Shown one piece after another: positions 39,321 to 51,235 of a stretch of DNA of 64,000 nucleotides; positions within the stretch are counted from its first letter, which is position 1, and the number at the start of each line of letters is the position of its first letter. Source of the DNA: Pseudogymnoascus verrucosus (Eukaryota); NCBI GenBank assembly GCA_001662655.1, contig KV460241.1; one strand, 5' to 3'. Position numbers and translations under genes: made by a program. The notes under the pieces were generated by a model. It had not been told where the DNA came from, ran no database searches, and saw nothing but the letters and a program-made list of their open reading frames with translations.

Positions 39321-40383
39321 CTATCTCATCCTTGAAATGTCATATCGCGGTCCCAGGCCCTCCCGTATGCCTTCCTGTAAAGCTTCCCAATTTAAACCGC
39401 CAACAGTTTTGCTCCTGTTACAGTCAACATCCAGTGCCTCGTTAAATTTCCCTGTCCCTATTCTCCGGAGCATCACCAAATCCCTTGCCCTCGCCGCTGT
39501 CCTTCCACCCATGCCCTTCAAGACCTGTTCGAACAAGGCTTCCTCTTCTTTGGTGAATGGCAAGTTTGCGAGCTCTATCCCACGTGCTGCAGTTCTGTCG
39601 CCCAGCGGTTCCTGGGTCATATGCCGTAATAAAGACTCAAACATGCGGGTTTGATCTAGCTCGGATTGGCTTCTGAGGAAAAAGAATGCCTCTGTCACAC
39701 TTGTTCTTGCAATTGCCAGGAATAGGCTGTCCAATGCGGGCGTGTTGATCAGAGCGGGCAGTACAGTATGATAATACGCCAATGGAAGGCTCATGTCGTC
39801 TGCTGGGCAATGTTTGACCAAGACCCCCAAAATTTCTTCTTGAAAGGTAGGAATAAGTGAGGGGTGTGTGAGGTTTTGGAGAGCAAGCTAGAAAGTGTCA
39901 GTTTAAACCATCGTCATGGGTGGCATAACCAACCTCAAATTGTGCTCTGTCCATGCGCCAGAGGCCTTTCATGAATATTTGATACTTTTTCGGCATGAAT
40001 GACATCTCCTCGAAGGCGTTTGAATTCGCATTGTTTCGTGTCTTTTCGTCGCAGTCGAGGAGAATATAATACAGGAGCGACACCTTCGTATGGTGCGCAG
40101 CGTTCGAGCTAACGACAGCTTGGTGAAGGCTCCTCAGGTCGCCATTGCTTTTTGGAGGGTAACTTTTATTGGCTATGACACTGGGTTAGTTAGAGAGCTT
40201 GGAATACCGTTGAACAGACTTACGCCTCTTGATTCCGAGCAGTTTGAGGACCCTGTCAACAAACAACCCTTCAAAGGTTGTCCTGTGGTGCTCTATGCTC
40301 TCCACACTTTCCGCAGAATAGCTGTACTTTGGATCAAATGCGAAAACATCGTCGAAATTGCTAATATCGAACATCTTCGGCAT
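39321..40383 (-). CDS. ELYS-like nuclear pore assembly protein
   Basis: Three exons (introns 40173-40223, 39888-39933). LFVDRVL, SLLYYILLD, FMKGLWRMD, LTHPSLIPTF, SVTEAFFF and LPFTKEEE match the fungal ELYS domain. Confidence 0.82.
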
Positions 40384-40732
40384 TGGCTTATGTTTGCGAC
40401 GTTGTGAAGCAGCCTTGGTGGTCTGGTGGTGCACGGCTGAGGTACAAAAGTTACAGCCTTGTTCGCTTGTGCATGTTGGGACCTCTCGTCGCGAAACTCG
40501 TCACCAATGTTTTGATCAGCCTCGCCGATAAACCGCAACCACGCCGCAAATACCCATCAACATTCCCAGACGCCAAATACGCGTCAAACCAGTGCCTATT
40601 CAGTTTGCCTGAGACCACAGTCACCAGAATTTTGTTTGTCATTTTCAATGTCGCAATAGACCCGTCTGCTCACCGACGACTGCCCCTCCATTTCGAAGGA
40701 AGTAAACAAAGCAACCAAAACGGCTCTGCATC

Positions 40733-43700
40733 ATGGAATCCCCCACCAGACCCTCGAGAAGGGCAGCCGCCCGCCGGAAAATCGTCGATTCGTCTGACGA
40801 GGATGAGCCGAGTGGAAGCTCTCAAAAAGTGAAGGAAGAGAGCGAAGAAGAATTTACCCCCGCACCGGAGCGAAGCCCCCGGAGGCAGACACAGTCGAGG
40901 AGGAAAACAACCACATCAGTGCCAAGTACACCGCGCACATCCGGACGAACTCGCAAGTCAGTTGTGGCCGAAAGCATTGAGCCGTCCGAGATATTCGACC
41001 CTGAGCAAACCGCATACCCAGAGCCACCTTCTCCAACAAAAAGGGCGTCGCCTAGAAAACGAAAGAGCGCCGCGCCTTCGCGTGCAGGAAGTGCTTCTGT
41101 TCCACCAGAACTACCAGCTCCATTGCCTACGCCGCAAGCTTCAGTGTCGCCTGCACCCTACCAACTCCATAGCACCCCACTTGCCGATATCACGGAGACA
41201 CTGAATGACCAACCAGCGGCTCCGGCTCCAGGGAGCCCAGAGGCAATGGCCAAGCCTATCAATCCTATGGATACCGTCCTGGAAAGGCCGATGGATATCG
41301 TGTTGAAGTCAAGGTCAATGGCGGCCCCTGTTGTGGAAGATACTGGCCCCAAGGCCCGAACTGTCATCACATATCTGATCCTCACCAACTTCAAGAGTTA
41401 CGCAGGGAGACAAGAAGTTGGCCCTTTCCATGCGTCTTTCTCATCGGTCGTAGGTCCCAACGGTTCCGGAAAGTCAAACGTCATCGACTCTTTACTATTC
41501 GTCTTCGGTTTCCGAGCCAGCAAAATGAGACAAGGGAAAATCTCCGCATTGATTCATAACTCGGCAGCATTCCCCAATTTAGACCATTGCGAGGTTGCTG
41601 TACACTTCCAAGAAGTAATGGATTTGCCCAATGGAGGGCATGACATTATGCCTGGCTCAGACCTGGTCATTTCGAGGCGGGCGTTCAAGAACAACGCAAG
41701 TAAATACTATATCAACGGAAAAGAGTCGAACTTCACCACAGTAACGACCCTCCTGCGTGATAAGGGCGTGGATCTTGATCACAAGCGTTTCCTTATTTTA
41801 CAGGGTGAAGTCGAATCTATTGCTCAGATGAAGGCCAAGGCTGCAAATGAGCACGATGATGGACTACTGGAATATTTAGAAGACATCATCGGGACATCCA
41901 AATACAAGACTCCTATCGAAGAATCTGCTGCCGAAGTCGAAACACTCAACGAGGTTTGCGTGGAAAAGAGTACCCGTGTGCAACACGTTGAGAAGGAGAA
42001 GAATAGTCTCGAGGATAAAAAGAACAAGGCTCTTGCATACATAAAAGACGAGAATGAACTAGCTCTTAAGCAGTCGGCACTTTATCAATTATACATCGAT
42101 GGCTGCGGTGATAACATAACAGTCACCGAGGAAGCCATTGGCCAAATGCAAGAGCAGCTTGATACGGAGCTCGAGAAGCACAAGGGCAATGAAGATGGAA
42201 TCAAGCAGATGGACAAGCAATACAAGCGAGGCCAGAAAGAGTACGAATTTATGGACAAGGAGACCCAGGCTATCCTGAAGGAAATGGCCAAATTCGACCA
42301 AGACAATGTCAAGTTCGAAGAAAAGAGGAAGTTCTTAACTGGAAAGCAGAAGAAGTTAGAGAAGAGTATTGCTGCTACGGAGAAAAATGGACAAGAAGCC
42401 ACTGCAAGCATCGCCGAATGCACAAATGAAATCGAAGAGTCAGCAGCGGAAATTGCCAATTTGGAGAAGCAGTTGCAAGCCGAGGAGAAAGAGCTCGCAA
42501 GCATTCGTGATAGCCTTAAAGGCAAGACTCAAGTATTCTCCGACCAAATCGCTACCAAGCAGAAATCCCTCGAGCCATGGAACGAGAAGATCAACCAAAC
42601 TCAGTCAGCAGTCGCGGTTGCTGAAAGTGAGCTTGCGATACTTCATGAGAAGGCAAATGCTGGGGCTGTGGCTCTCGAAGAGACGCAGGCCAAAATAGCA
42701 TCTATCCAGGGAAGCCAGGAGGCCAAGCTTGCTGAGTTAGAAGAATGTAAAGCTCAGAAGGCAAAGCTTGAGAAAGAGGTTGCCAAGACAAAATCCGAGT
42801 TAAGCAAGATGGCCCAGAAGGAGCCCGAATACCGTGCGCAGCTTTCTGGGGCCAGGCAAAAGGCCGATGAGGCTCGTGCAAGCCTCTCAAACACTCAGAC
42901 GCAAGGGAATGTTCTTTCCGGACTCATGAGATTGAAGGAATCTGGCCGCATTGAAGGGTTCCATGGCCGTCTAGGGAACCTAGGCACTATCGATCAGAAG
43001 TACGATGTAGCAATTTCTACCGCTTGTGGCGCGCTGGATAACTTCGTTACTGATACAGTCGAAAACGGACAGCAATGTATCGAGTATCTGAGAAAGACGA
43101 ACCTGGGAAGAGGCAACTTCATGTGTCTCGATAAACTTGGCAACCGCAACCTATCACCCATTGCCACACCAGAAAACGTCCCTCGACTTTTCGACTTGAT
43201 CAAGGCAAAGAACGACATCTTCCTCCCAGCGTTCTATCATTCACTCCAAGACACCCTTGTGGCAGATGATTTGGCTCAAGCCAATCGGATTGCGTATGGA
43301 GCCCGCAGATGGCGCGTTGTGACTCTTGACGGACAACTCATCGACAAGTCTGGTACTATGTCCGGTGGAGGTAACACTGTTAAGAAGGGTCTCATGTCCT
43401 CTAAACTTGTTGCCGATGTCTCCAAGACTCAAGTTGCCCAACTGGAAGTTGACAGAGATGCCATGGAGCAAGAGTTCCAAACTTTCCAGGAGCGTCAACG
43501 GGAACTCGAAGCTTCTTTGAGAGATTTGAGCCATCAAATTCCTCGATTAGAAACGAAGATGCAGAAGATTGGCCTTGAGGTTGAAAGCTCAGCGCGCAAC
43601 TTAGCAGATGCCCAGCGGAGAGTCAAGGAGCTGAGCAAGGAGCATCAACCGAATCAAACCGACAATGGCCGAGTTACATCCCTTGAGAAGGAGATTGTTA

Positions 43701-45087
43701 AACTTAACAAGAGTATCGAGAAGCTACATAGTGAGACTTCGAGCGTCGAAGATGAAATCAAGGCTTTACAGGATAAAATTATGGCAGTCGGTGGCGAGAA
43801 GCTACGAGCACAGAAGGTTGAGGTCGATAACCTGAAGCAGCAAATTGACGTTCTCAATGAAGCAGTGTCTACAGCCGAAATCACCAAGGCCAAAGCGGAG
43901 AAGCAGATCCCTAAGCTCGAAAAGGATCACAACAAGGCTACCAAGGATTTACAGGGTGTCATTGCCGGCCTGGAGAAACTAGAGCAGGAAATTCAAAACG
44001 AGGCCACAAACGCCGAAGCTTCGAAGGAGAGATCAGAGCAAGCCAAAGAAGCCCTCGCTGAGAAGAAACAGGAGCTTTCGACACTGAAGGCTGAACTCGA
44101 TGAGAAGACCGCCGAGCTAAACGAGACCCGCGCCGTCGAAATCGAAATGCGCAACAAGCTCGAAGAGAACCAGAAAGTGCTCCTCGAAAACCAAAAACGC
44201 CTCCGCTACTGGCAAGAGAAATTCTCCAAGCTATCTGTGCAAAATATCAATGATCTTGGCGAGGAGTCCGAGCCCCAGGAGCTGCAGGCTTATAGCAAAG
44301 ACGAGCTGGCGGATATGAGCAAGGACACACTGAAGAGTGAAATCGCCATACTCGAGGAGAAGACACAGAACGTCAATGTGGAACTAGGCGTCCTAGCCGA
44401 ATACCGCCGCCGCGTCGAGGAACACACTATCCGCTCCGAAGACCTCGCCGCCGCGGTCGCACAGCGCGATGGCGTCAAGAAGCGCTGCGATGACCTGCGC
44501 CGTCTGCGTCTCGAGGGTTTCATGGAGGGCTTCTCGACTATCTCCTTACGTCTCAAGGAGATGTACCAGATGATTACCATGGGTGGCAACGCGGAGCTCG
44601 AGCTCGTGGACAGTTTAGATCCGTTTAGCGAGGGCATCTTGTTCTCTGTCATGCCGCCGAAGAAGAGCTGGAAGAACATCAGTAATCTGTCTGGTGGAGA
44701 AAAGACGCTTAGTTCGCTGGCACTGGTGTTCGCACTGCATCATTATAAGCCGACGCCGTTGTATGTTATGGATGAGATTGATGCTGCGCTCGATTTCCGC
44801 AACGTGAGTAACCCCCTGGCCCCCGGCTATCTTCTGCGAATTGTAACGAAACTAACACATCCCAGGTCTCTATCGTAGCTTCTTACATCAAGGAACGCAC
44901 CAAGAACGCTCAGTTCATCGTCATTTCCCTGCGCAATAACATGTTTGAGCTTGCGAGCAGGCTCGTGGGTGTGTATAAGGTGAACCATATGACCAAGAGC
45001 GTCACGATTGAAAACAGGGATTACATCACCGGGAAGCCAGCGCCAACAGCGACAACGGCAGCAACACCGGCGATGGCAGCGACGTAG
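40733..45087 (+). CDS. SMC4: Condensin subunit Smc4 (Cut3)
   Basis: NFKSY, Walker A GPNGSGKSN, hinge GRLGNLG, signature LSGGEK, Walker B YVMDEIDAALD. Intron 44804-44865, then FIVISLRNNMFE. Confidence 0.97.
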
Positions 45088-45483
45088 TCGCCTCAGATTG
45101 TATGGCGAAGGAAGCATTGATATATTGGTTTGCTGGTTGCTGGCGTTGCTTGTGCGGGTATTGGTTATTGGAATGGCTGGAACAGTAAGGGGGTGGGGGT
45201 CTTTGGAAGCATAATATTGTTGGGCAGTAGAGCGGGTGTGGCGCTGTATCTACGAGTGAATGACTGGTATATAGTAATGAGAAATGATTTCAGTTGATTT
45301 ATCTCATTCACCGTAACCCGCGAACTAAAATGTCCGGGACCACTATAGCGCACCGTCTAATATACAGCGCTCCGTCTATGTTCGCTCGCCGCTTGCTCGG
45401 TCTCGCATAAAACAAACGCCATGGAAACTCAAATAAACCACCCTCCCCTCCCTCCACCACAACCAATACAGACAACCTCCCCC

Positions 45484-46797
45484 CTACTCCGTAAGAACAT
45501 CCTCCGCATCCACCTCCCTCAAATCCTTCGCCGTCGGCACCCCCCCCGTACTCCTCGGCCTCCCCACCCCCCCCGCCTCCGCAAGCTTCCTCCCATACTT
45601 CTCCTCCCACACCCTCTTCAGTACCTCATAAATAAACCGATACTGCGGCACTGCCTGCACCATATTCGGCCTCTGCATCCTCAAGCTATTCACAGCCTCA
45701 AACACCGGATCATCCCTCCGAAACGCCTCAACCCCCCCCGCAGCACCAGCACCAGCACCAGCCCCACCGCCCCGATCCCCCGGAAACGCCCCCGCCTCAA
45801 GCTCACCCAGTAACTGGTCCAGCGCGATGAACGTCCCCGACCTCCCCACGCCCGCGCGACAGTGCACGATTTTCGGGTTCGTGGGGCTGGCATTCTTTTC
45901 TTTGGTAAGAGCGATCAGATTCAGTAGCGAGGCGGTCTCGTTTTCGGCGGGGATGCCGAAATCAGGCCATTGCGTGTACAGCAAGTGCCAGATGACCTTC
46001 TCCTCCTCCTCGCCCTCCACGCGTAAAACCAGCTTCCTGATCTCCGTCGCGCCGTCGTCCGAGAGCTCCGCGTCGCCCTCACACGTCACGGTTCCCAAGA
46101 AGCCGTCGCCGAATTCGTCAGCCGTGTTGATGGACAGTGTTTGAGACGCGGTGGATGGGAAATAGGGGTACCCCCTCTCGTCGGTCAGCATGACGATCAC
46201 GGCGGGGCTGGCAAGCTCGTGCCATGCCATGCGCCAGACGTGGTCGGTGGTGCATTGCTTGGGGCCTTGCATGGCGATGTATTTGCTTTGGAGTGAGGTG
46301 CGATGGCTTTTCATGATGATGGGGGAGGCGTTGATGTAGTCGTTCATCTCGGAGGGGACGTGCAGCTTCACGCGGTTGTTCTTCCAGACGAAGATGTCGC
46401 CGAAGCGGTCGAGGCCGGCTGTCTTGTCTTCGTCGCAGCGAGCCCATTTGGAGTCCTCGGTGGTGCGGCCATCTGCTGCTCTGGTCCTCTCGAGCCAGTT
46501 TAGCTCTTTGAATTTTTGTAGGGTTTCTGGGACGGCATTAGTAACAGTAAAAATAGAGTAAAAATAGCCATAATAACAGTACTACTTACCTTCTTCAGAT
46601 AATTGCAAGAAGGCCGGCATCTTTCCCAGGGGCAGCATCGGTGGTTCAGATTGAGTATCACGTGTCAGGCTGTGGTCACGCGACAACGGTGCAGCAGTAG
46701 GCGGTCGTCTCTCCTGCCGCTTTGGGGAGATGCTGTCTGGCTGGGGCGACTCCGTTGGCGAGCGCGCGCGCTTGGATGCAGACGTCGAGCGCCGCAT
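45484..46797 (-). CDS. Protein-tyrosine phosphatase (Ptp1-like)
   Basis: DYINAS, YIAMQGP, WPDFG, active site HCRAGVGRSG, QRPNMVQ. Intron 46527-46589. 5' end placed at the first in-frame ATG and uncertain. Confidence 0.9.
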
Positions 46798-47814
46798 CCT
46801 GCGGATCCAACTGGGCGAATCGCTTCGGAGCGTCTTTCTCGCGCCGCCGTCCTCGCTCTGGCTCCGGGATTCGAGGTGTCTGCCCCTGAAGGCGCGGATT
46901 CGATCCAGCTTGCGAGGCTGCAGCGCAGTTGAGAGCTGATGAACGCGGGAGGGGTTTGGTAGCAAAGGTCGTCGGAGGGCGGTGGAGGACCTGCTTAAGG
47001 AGGAGGGAAATGGCGTTTTGGGCGGCGTTTTAGGGCTTAAGGAGGGACTTGTTATGGCTCTAGCTCTCTCCCCTCATACAATAAATATTTATTGTGCCTG
47101 GTGGTGCTGAGTAAGGGACTCCTCTCCAGGCAGGGCAAGCAGGCAGGCAGGCACGGTGATTGCGGGATAAAATTTAAGTGTGTAGGAATAAGTAAAGGCA
47201 ATAAAAGAGTGCCAGTCACTTTTCGCAGCTTTCCAAATCCTTCTAGAGGGTGGTAAATAAGTAAATAAGGTGATGTCAGAGTTGCTGGAAGCCACTGGGT
47301 TTTGTTTCCACTCTAAGCGTTTGTCCCACGGCGGGAACTAAAAAGAAGCCGCGTCCGGATTCAATAGTTTGCAAAGGATCTAGTATAAGGGCCAGATTGG
47401 CAGGCACAAGGGCGCCAGCGATATAAGTCTGAGACCATCATCATAATATAAGCTATATCACAAGCAAAAAAAAGCAACGGGGCAGTGGTGGAATCTTTGT
47501 ATAGTAAGTGGATACGAATAGTGGAAGATGGTGGGGGGTTGTAATGGTTGTCAAACAGAGGGAAGAACGAAGAAACCGGGCGCTCGGGTGAAAGGGCCGA
47601 TACGGAACGGTAGTGGTTGCAGTTAGGGGACTTTAATCGCACCAAACAAGGGCCGATCCTCCCTCTCTACCAGTCAAACAACCAACAATCCTCACAAACT
47701 CAACACCAACCACTCTCTCCGACCACTCTGTTGCGACGGGGCCTCCATCACAACACCCGGGCGTCTGCGCAAACCAATATCTCCTCCAATCTACAGTTCC
47801 ATGTGCCACTGACC

Positions 47815-48128
47815 ATGTCCTGGCTACGCGCCGCCGTCGAACTGTGGCTTATCCAAAAGGTATCCCAACCCATTCGCGCCCCCCCCCCCCCGAGACATCC
47901 GCCACCCTCACTCAGTAGCTGACAACGACCATCTAGCTCATCTCGAGCCCAACCTTCCACCGCGGAGTCCGACGGATCCACAAAGGGGTCCATGAGTTCC
48001 GCCATGGCAAGGACCCGGCCGATATGGGGGGGACGAAGATAGATGTTCCTGGTGGCGAGAAGGGCTTTCTGGGGCACTTTATCGAGGAGCTGAAGGAGCA
48101 GATACGGGGGACTTCGACGAAGAAATGA
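47815..48128 (+). CDS. MRX7: Small mitochondrial protein, Mrx7-like (78 aa)
   Basis: Exons 47815-47859 and 47937-48128 (intron GTATCC...GCTGAC...TAG): MSWLRAAVELWLIQKLISSPTFHRGVRRIHKGV...FLGHFIEELKEQ, resembling yeast Mrx7 (LLSSPGFHRFVR) as recalled. Confidence 0.75.
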
Positions 48129-48479
48129 GGGCTGATATACGGGAGATTGGAACGAACAAACATACTATCCTGTGGCGACCAAGTTGGATGGCCTTCGTGA
48201 AGAGGCTGTGTTGGATAATACGATACGATACCCTCGCTTTGGAGCCCAACTGTTCGACCAACCCCAACGACAATGCGCCCAACACCGAGCACGGCCCTTG
48301 AGGTCGATGCATCTTGGATCAGCGAAACTAGTTGAGGGATCTGAACCTACAGGCGTCAAGATATTGTACGATATGTGTAGAAAAGCGAGGGGAACCAGCG
48401 GCACAAATAGCCTCGGTTGAAGACAGGCGTTAGACCTCCATTCACTATGTTTCACCCATGGAACAGGCGACAGGACTTT

Positions 48480-48780
48480 CAGACTTTTTATTATTATGAT
48501 CTGGGCTGGCTGAAGAATATACTCTTTTATACCACTGATCTTGACAACCTTTTTATGACTATTTCATGTTGACCTCTGACTTCTAACATGGCTCAGTTAC
48601 TTTCTTTCATATTGTCCGGTGTTTTTTTTACTCCCGACTTTTACTATGACTATTTTACATTGATTTGTGTTTCCTTGACTCCTAAATCTTTCTATGACTA
48701 TTTCATATTGACTGTGTTGTTAACTTCTAATATTTCTATGACTATCTCTCACATTGACCTGTATTTCCTTACCTTATAAT
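48480..48780. repeat. Degenerate AT-rich minisatellite, about 45-50 bp period
   Basis: Core (C/T)TATGACTAT...TTGA recurs near 48554, 48643, 48692 and 48735, with weaker copies around them. Confidence 0.7.
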
Positions 48781-49031
48781 ATGGTTTATCTCTTATTTCC
48801 TTTTAAAAATTACTTAACAGACTATTATATTTACCTTGCCTACTAAACTAACTATACTCCCTCCTTTACTAACCTTTAAATCTATTCTTTCTATTACATT
48901 CTTATTAACATACCTTATAACTCTCTCTCTACTCCCTCTAAATCCTTACTCTACATTCTTAAGGCTCCTTAGAATATTATCTCTAGGCCCTTTACTCCTC
49001 TAAACCTAGAACCCCCTATGATACGCCCGGA

Positions 49032-49111
49032 GTGGGGGGTGCGGCTCTTGATGCGGCCGACGGCAACACCGACGGTAACATCGACGGCCGCATCAAAGCC
49101 GCATCCCCCGC
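49032..49111. repeat. GC-rich inverted repeat (27-bp arms) with a 12-bp tandem loop
   Basis: GTGGGGGGTGCGGCT-C-TTGATGCGGCCG (49032-49059) pairs with CGGCCGCATCAAAGCCGCATCCCCCGC (49085-49111). The loop is built from CCGACGG(C/T)AACA units. Confidence 0.9.
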
Positions 49112-49330
49112 GCCTTGCTTACCTCACAGGGACAGACATATTTCGGTTGTTTCAGAAGGGCATTTTATTACTAGACCAGTGAATGACTCATCGGCGAGCG
49201 AGACAAGAAATAGCGCAATGCACGTGGTCTTGACGAGCCTCGAGAAAAATTTCACAGAGGCACATATACTCTATACTTTACACATTCATTATTTACAATC
49301 CAAAAGTTTTATACAGCTAGAACTAGCAGC

Positions 49331-50569
49331 ATGTCTAACATATTATCACCGACCGAAATGGGCCAAATCCCGCCTATTGAGATACCCGCATCTTCAAACA
49401 TCGTGACCGTACGTGTTATTGACACTACTACCCGGTTGCATATGCCCGTGGGTACTATGTTTGATCCGCTTATCAAGGGGCACACTACACTTGCGAGTCC
49501 GTCCTACTCTTTTCTGATAGAAAATGAGCGCCTGGAGCGTAAGGTTCTCTATGACTTAGGAACACAACAAAAGTGGCAGGAGCAAGCTCCTTGCGTTGTA
49601 GACATGATTAGAACTTATGGGTGGGATGTCCGAGTTGAAAAAGATGTCGCAGACATTCTTGAAGAACACAGAGTATCGCTCTCTGCGATTGAAGCAATCA
49701 TCTGGGGGTAAGGTGATGAATCTCTTTGTAGCGAAATATAGGACCTTAGCTAAAAGTGCCATGCAATTAGTCATTGGCATTGGGATCATCTTGGAGATCC
49801 TTCGACATTTCCAACTTCTACTGACGTTGTTGTTGGTCCTGGGTTTTTAGAAGAGTTTCTTCCGGGAGGCAAACCCATAGAAGACTCCCCAATAAAGGAA
49901 GAGTACTATAAGGATCGTAACCTTAGGGAGATTTCGGAAGCACATTTTAACCTAAAGTTTGGTGAATTTGCTGCCTTCGATTATTTCGGAGATGGCAGTT
50001 TCCTTCTTATTAACAGTCCTGGTGTAAGTTTTATGCCTCCAATCTTTATATTCTCTATACAGTTAAAAAGTCAGGTTTAACTCTTATAGCATGCTATTGG
50101 CCACATGTGTGCACTCGCTCGAACTACTACCAATCCGGATACGTTTATTTTCATGGGAGGTGATATTGCAAGCCATGCCGGTGAATTCCGTCCTACCAAA
50201 TACGTGCCACTGCCTTCGTTAATATCGCCCAACCCTCTCAACTTCTTGTCGCCAAAGCCTTGTCCAGGTCACCTTTTTGAGAGTATCCACCCTCAAAGGT
50301 GTGGTAACTCACCTTTTTATCGTATGGGAACTTGGCCAGATGGAGATCCAACAAACGAAGATGTACCAGCTGCAGTTGAAAGCCAGCAGAAGCTGCAACT
50401 TGTTGATGCGCATTCGGACCAAGTTTTTGTCATCTTATCTCATGACGAAAACGTGGGGGATGTGATCGATTTCTTTCCGAAGATAGCAAACGGGTGGAAA
50501 GAGCTAGGTTGGGGTGATAAAGCTAGATGGATGTTCTTAGGAGACTTCAAAGAAGCTATTACCGAGTAG
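49331..50569 (+). CDS. Metallo-beta-lactamase-fold hydrolase (AHL lactonase/fungal lactamase-like)
   Basis: Exons 49331-49707, 49771-50023 and 50090-50569: YDLG, HWHWDHLG (HxHxDH), DYFGDGSF, PGHAIGH, GGDIASH. Confidence 0.92.
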
Positions 50570-51235
50570 TGACCCCCAAATGGGCTCAATGCAATCATTT
50601 CAGGGCCAAGGACAAAATCTAGTGTTAATGCGATAATTCTAAGGGGTTTACTATTTTATAATATGTTATAGATTTAACAGAATCTAACAAGTCTTTTTAT
50701 ACTTTTTTTACCTTTTTTTTAGGATGCTTAGCTAGATTCTTCTTAAACTAGCAGGTTTGGTAATTTAGGTGTTTTTAAACAAAGTTTTAAATCTTTTGTA
50801 GACAAATGGAAATATATTTATAGAACGTTCTATAGAGCTTGTAAGACTTTGAGGGTAATGCTTTTGTAGTGGGGGTGCTGATAAGATAAGATCGAACCGA
50901 GATCTAATCTTGTTGATCTGATACTGTGGCCCAAACAACTCAGTATAGCCCATTCGTCGCAGCGAATTAGCAAAACAGGAAATAAAGTATGAATAGATAG
51001 ATAATGTTACCCTATATTCGTTTTGATTCCTCTCGAGTGACCGCGATGAATCCCTGAAATGATGGCGATTTAAATATCTGAAATCCCACCCAAGTCCACC
51101 CACCTGTGGCGCTAACTCCTGTGGCAGTGCGAGGCCAATTATCTGCACCACACAGCAGCCCAAGTAATCGAGATCAGATAGCTTGCCAGCCCGTAACACC
51201 ACAACCCCGCCAGCGGTGGCATAAATACGAAAAAA

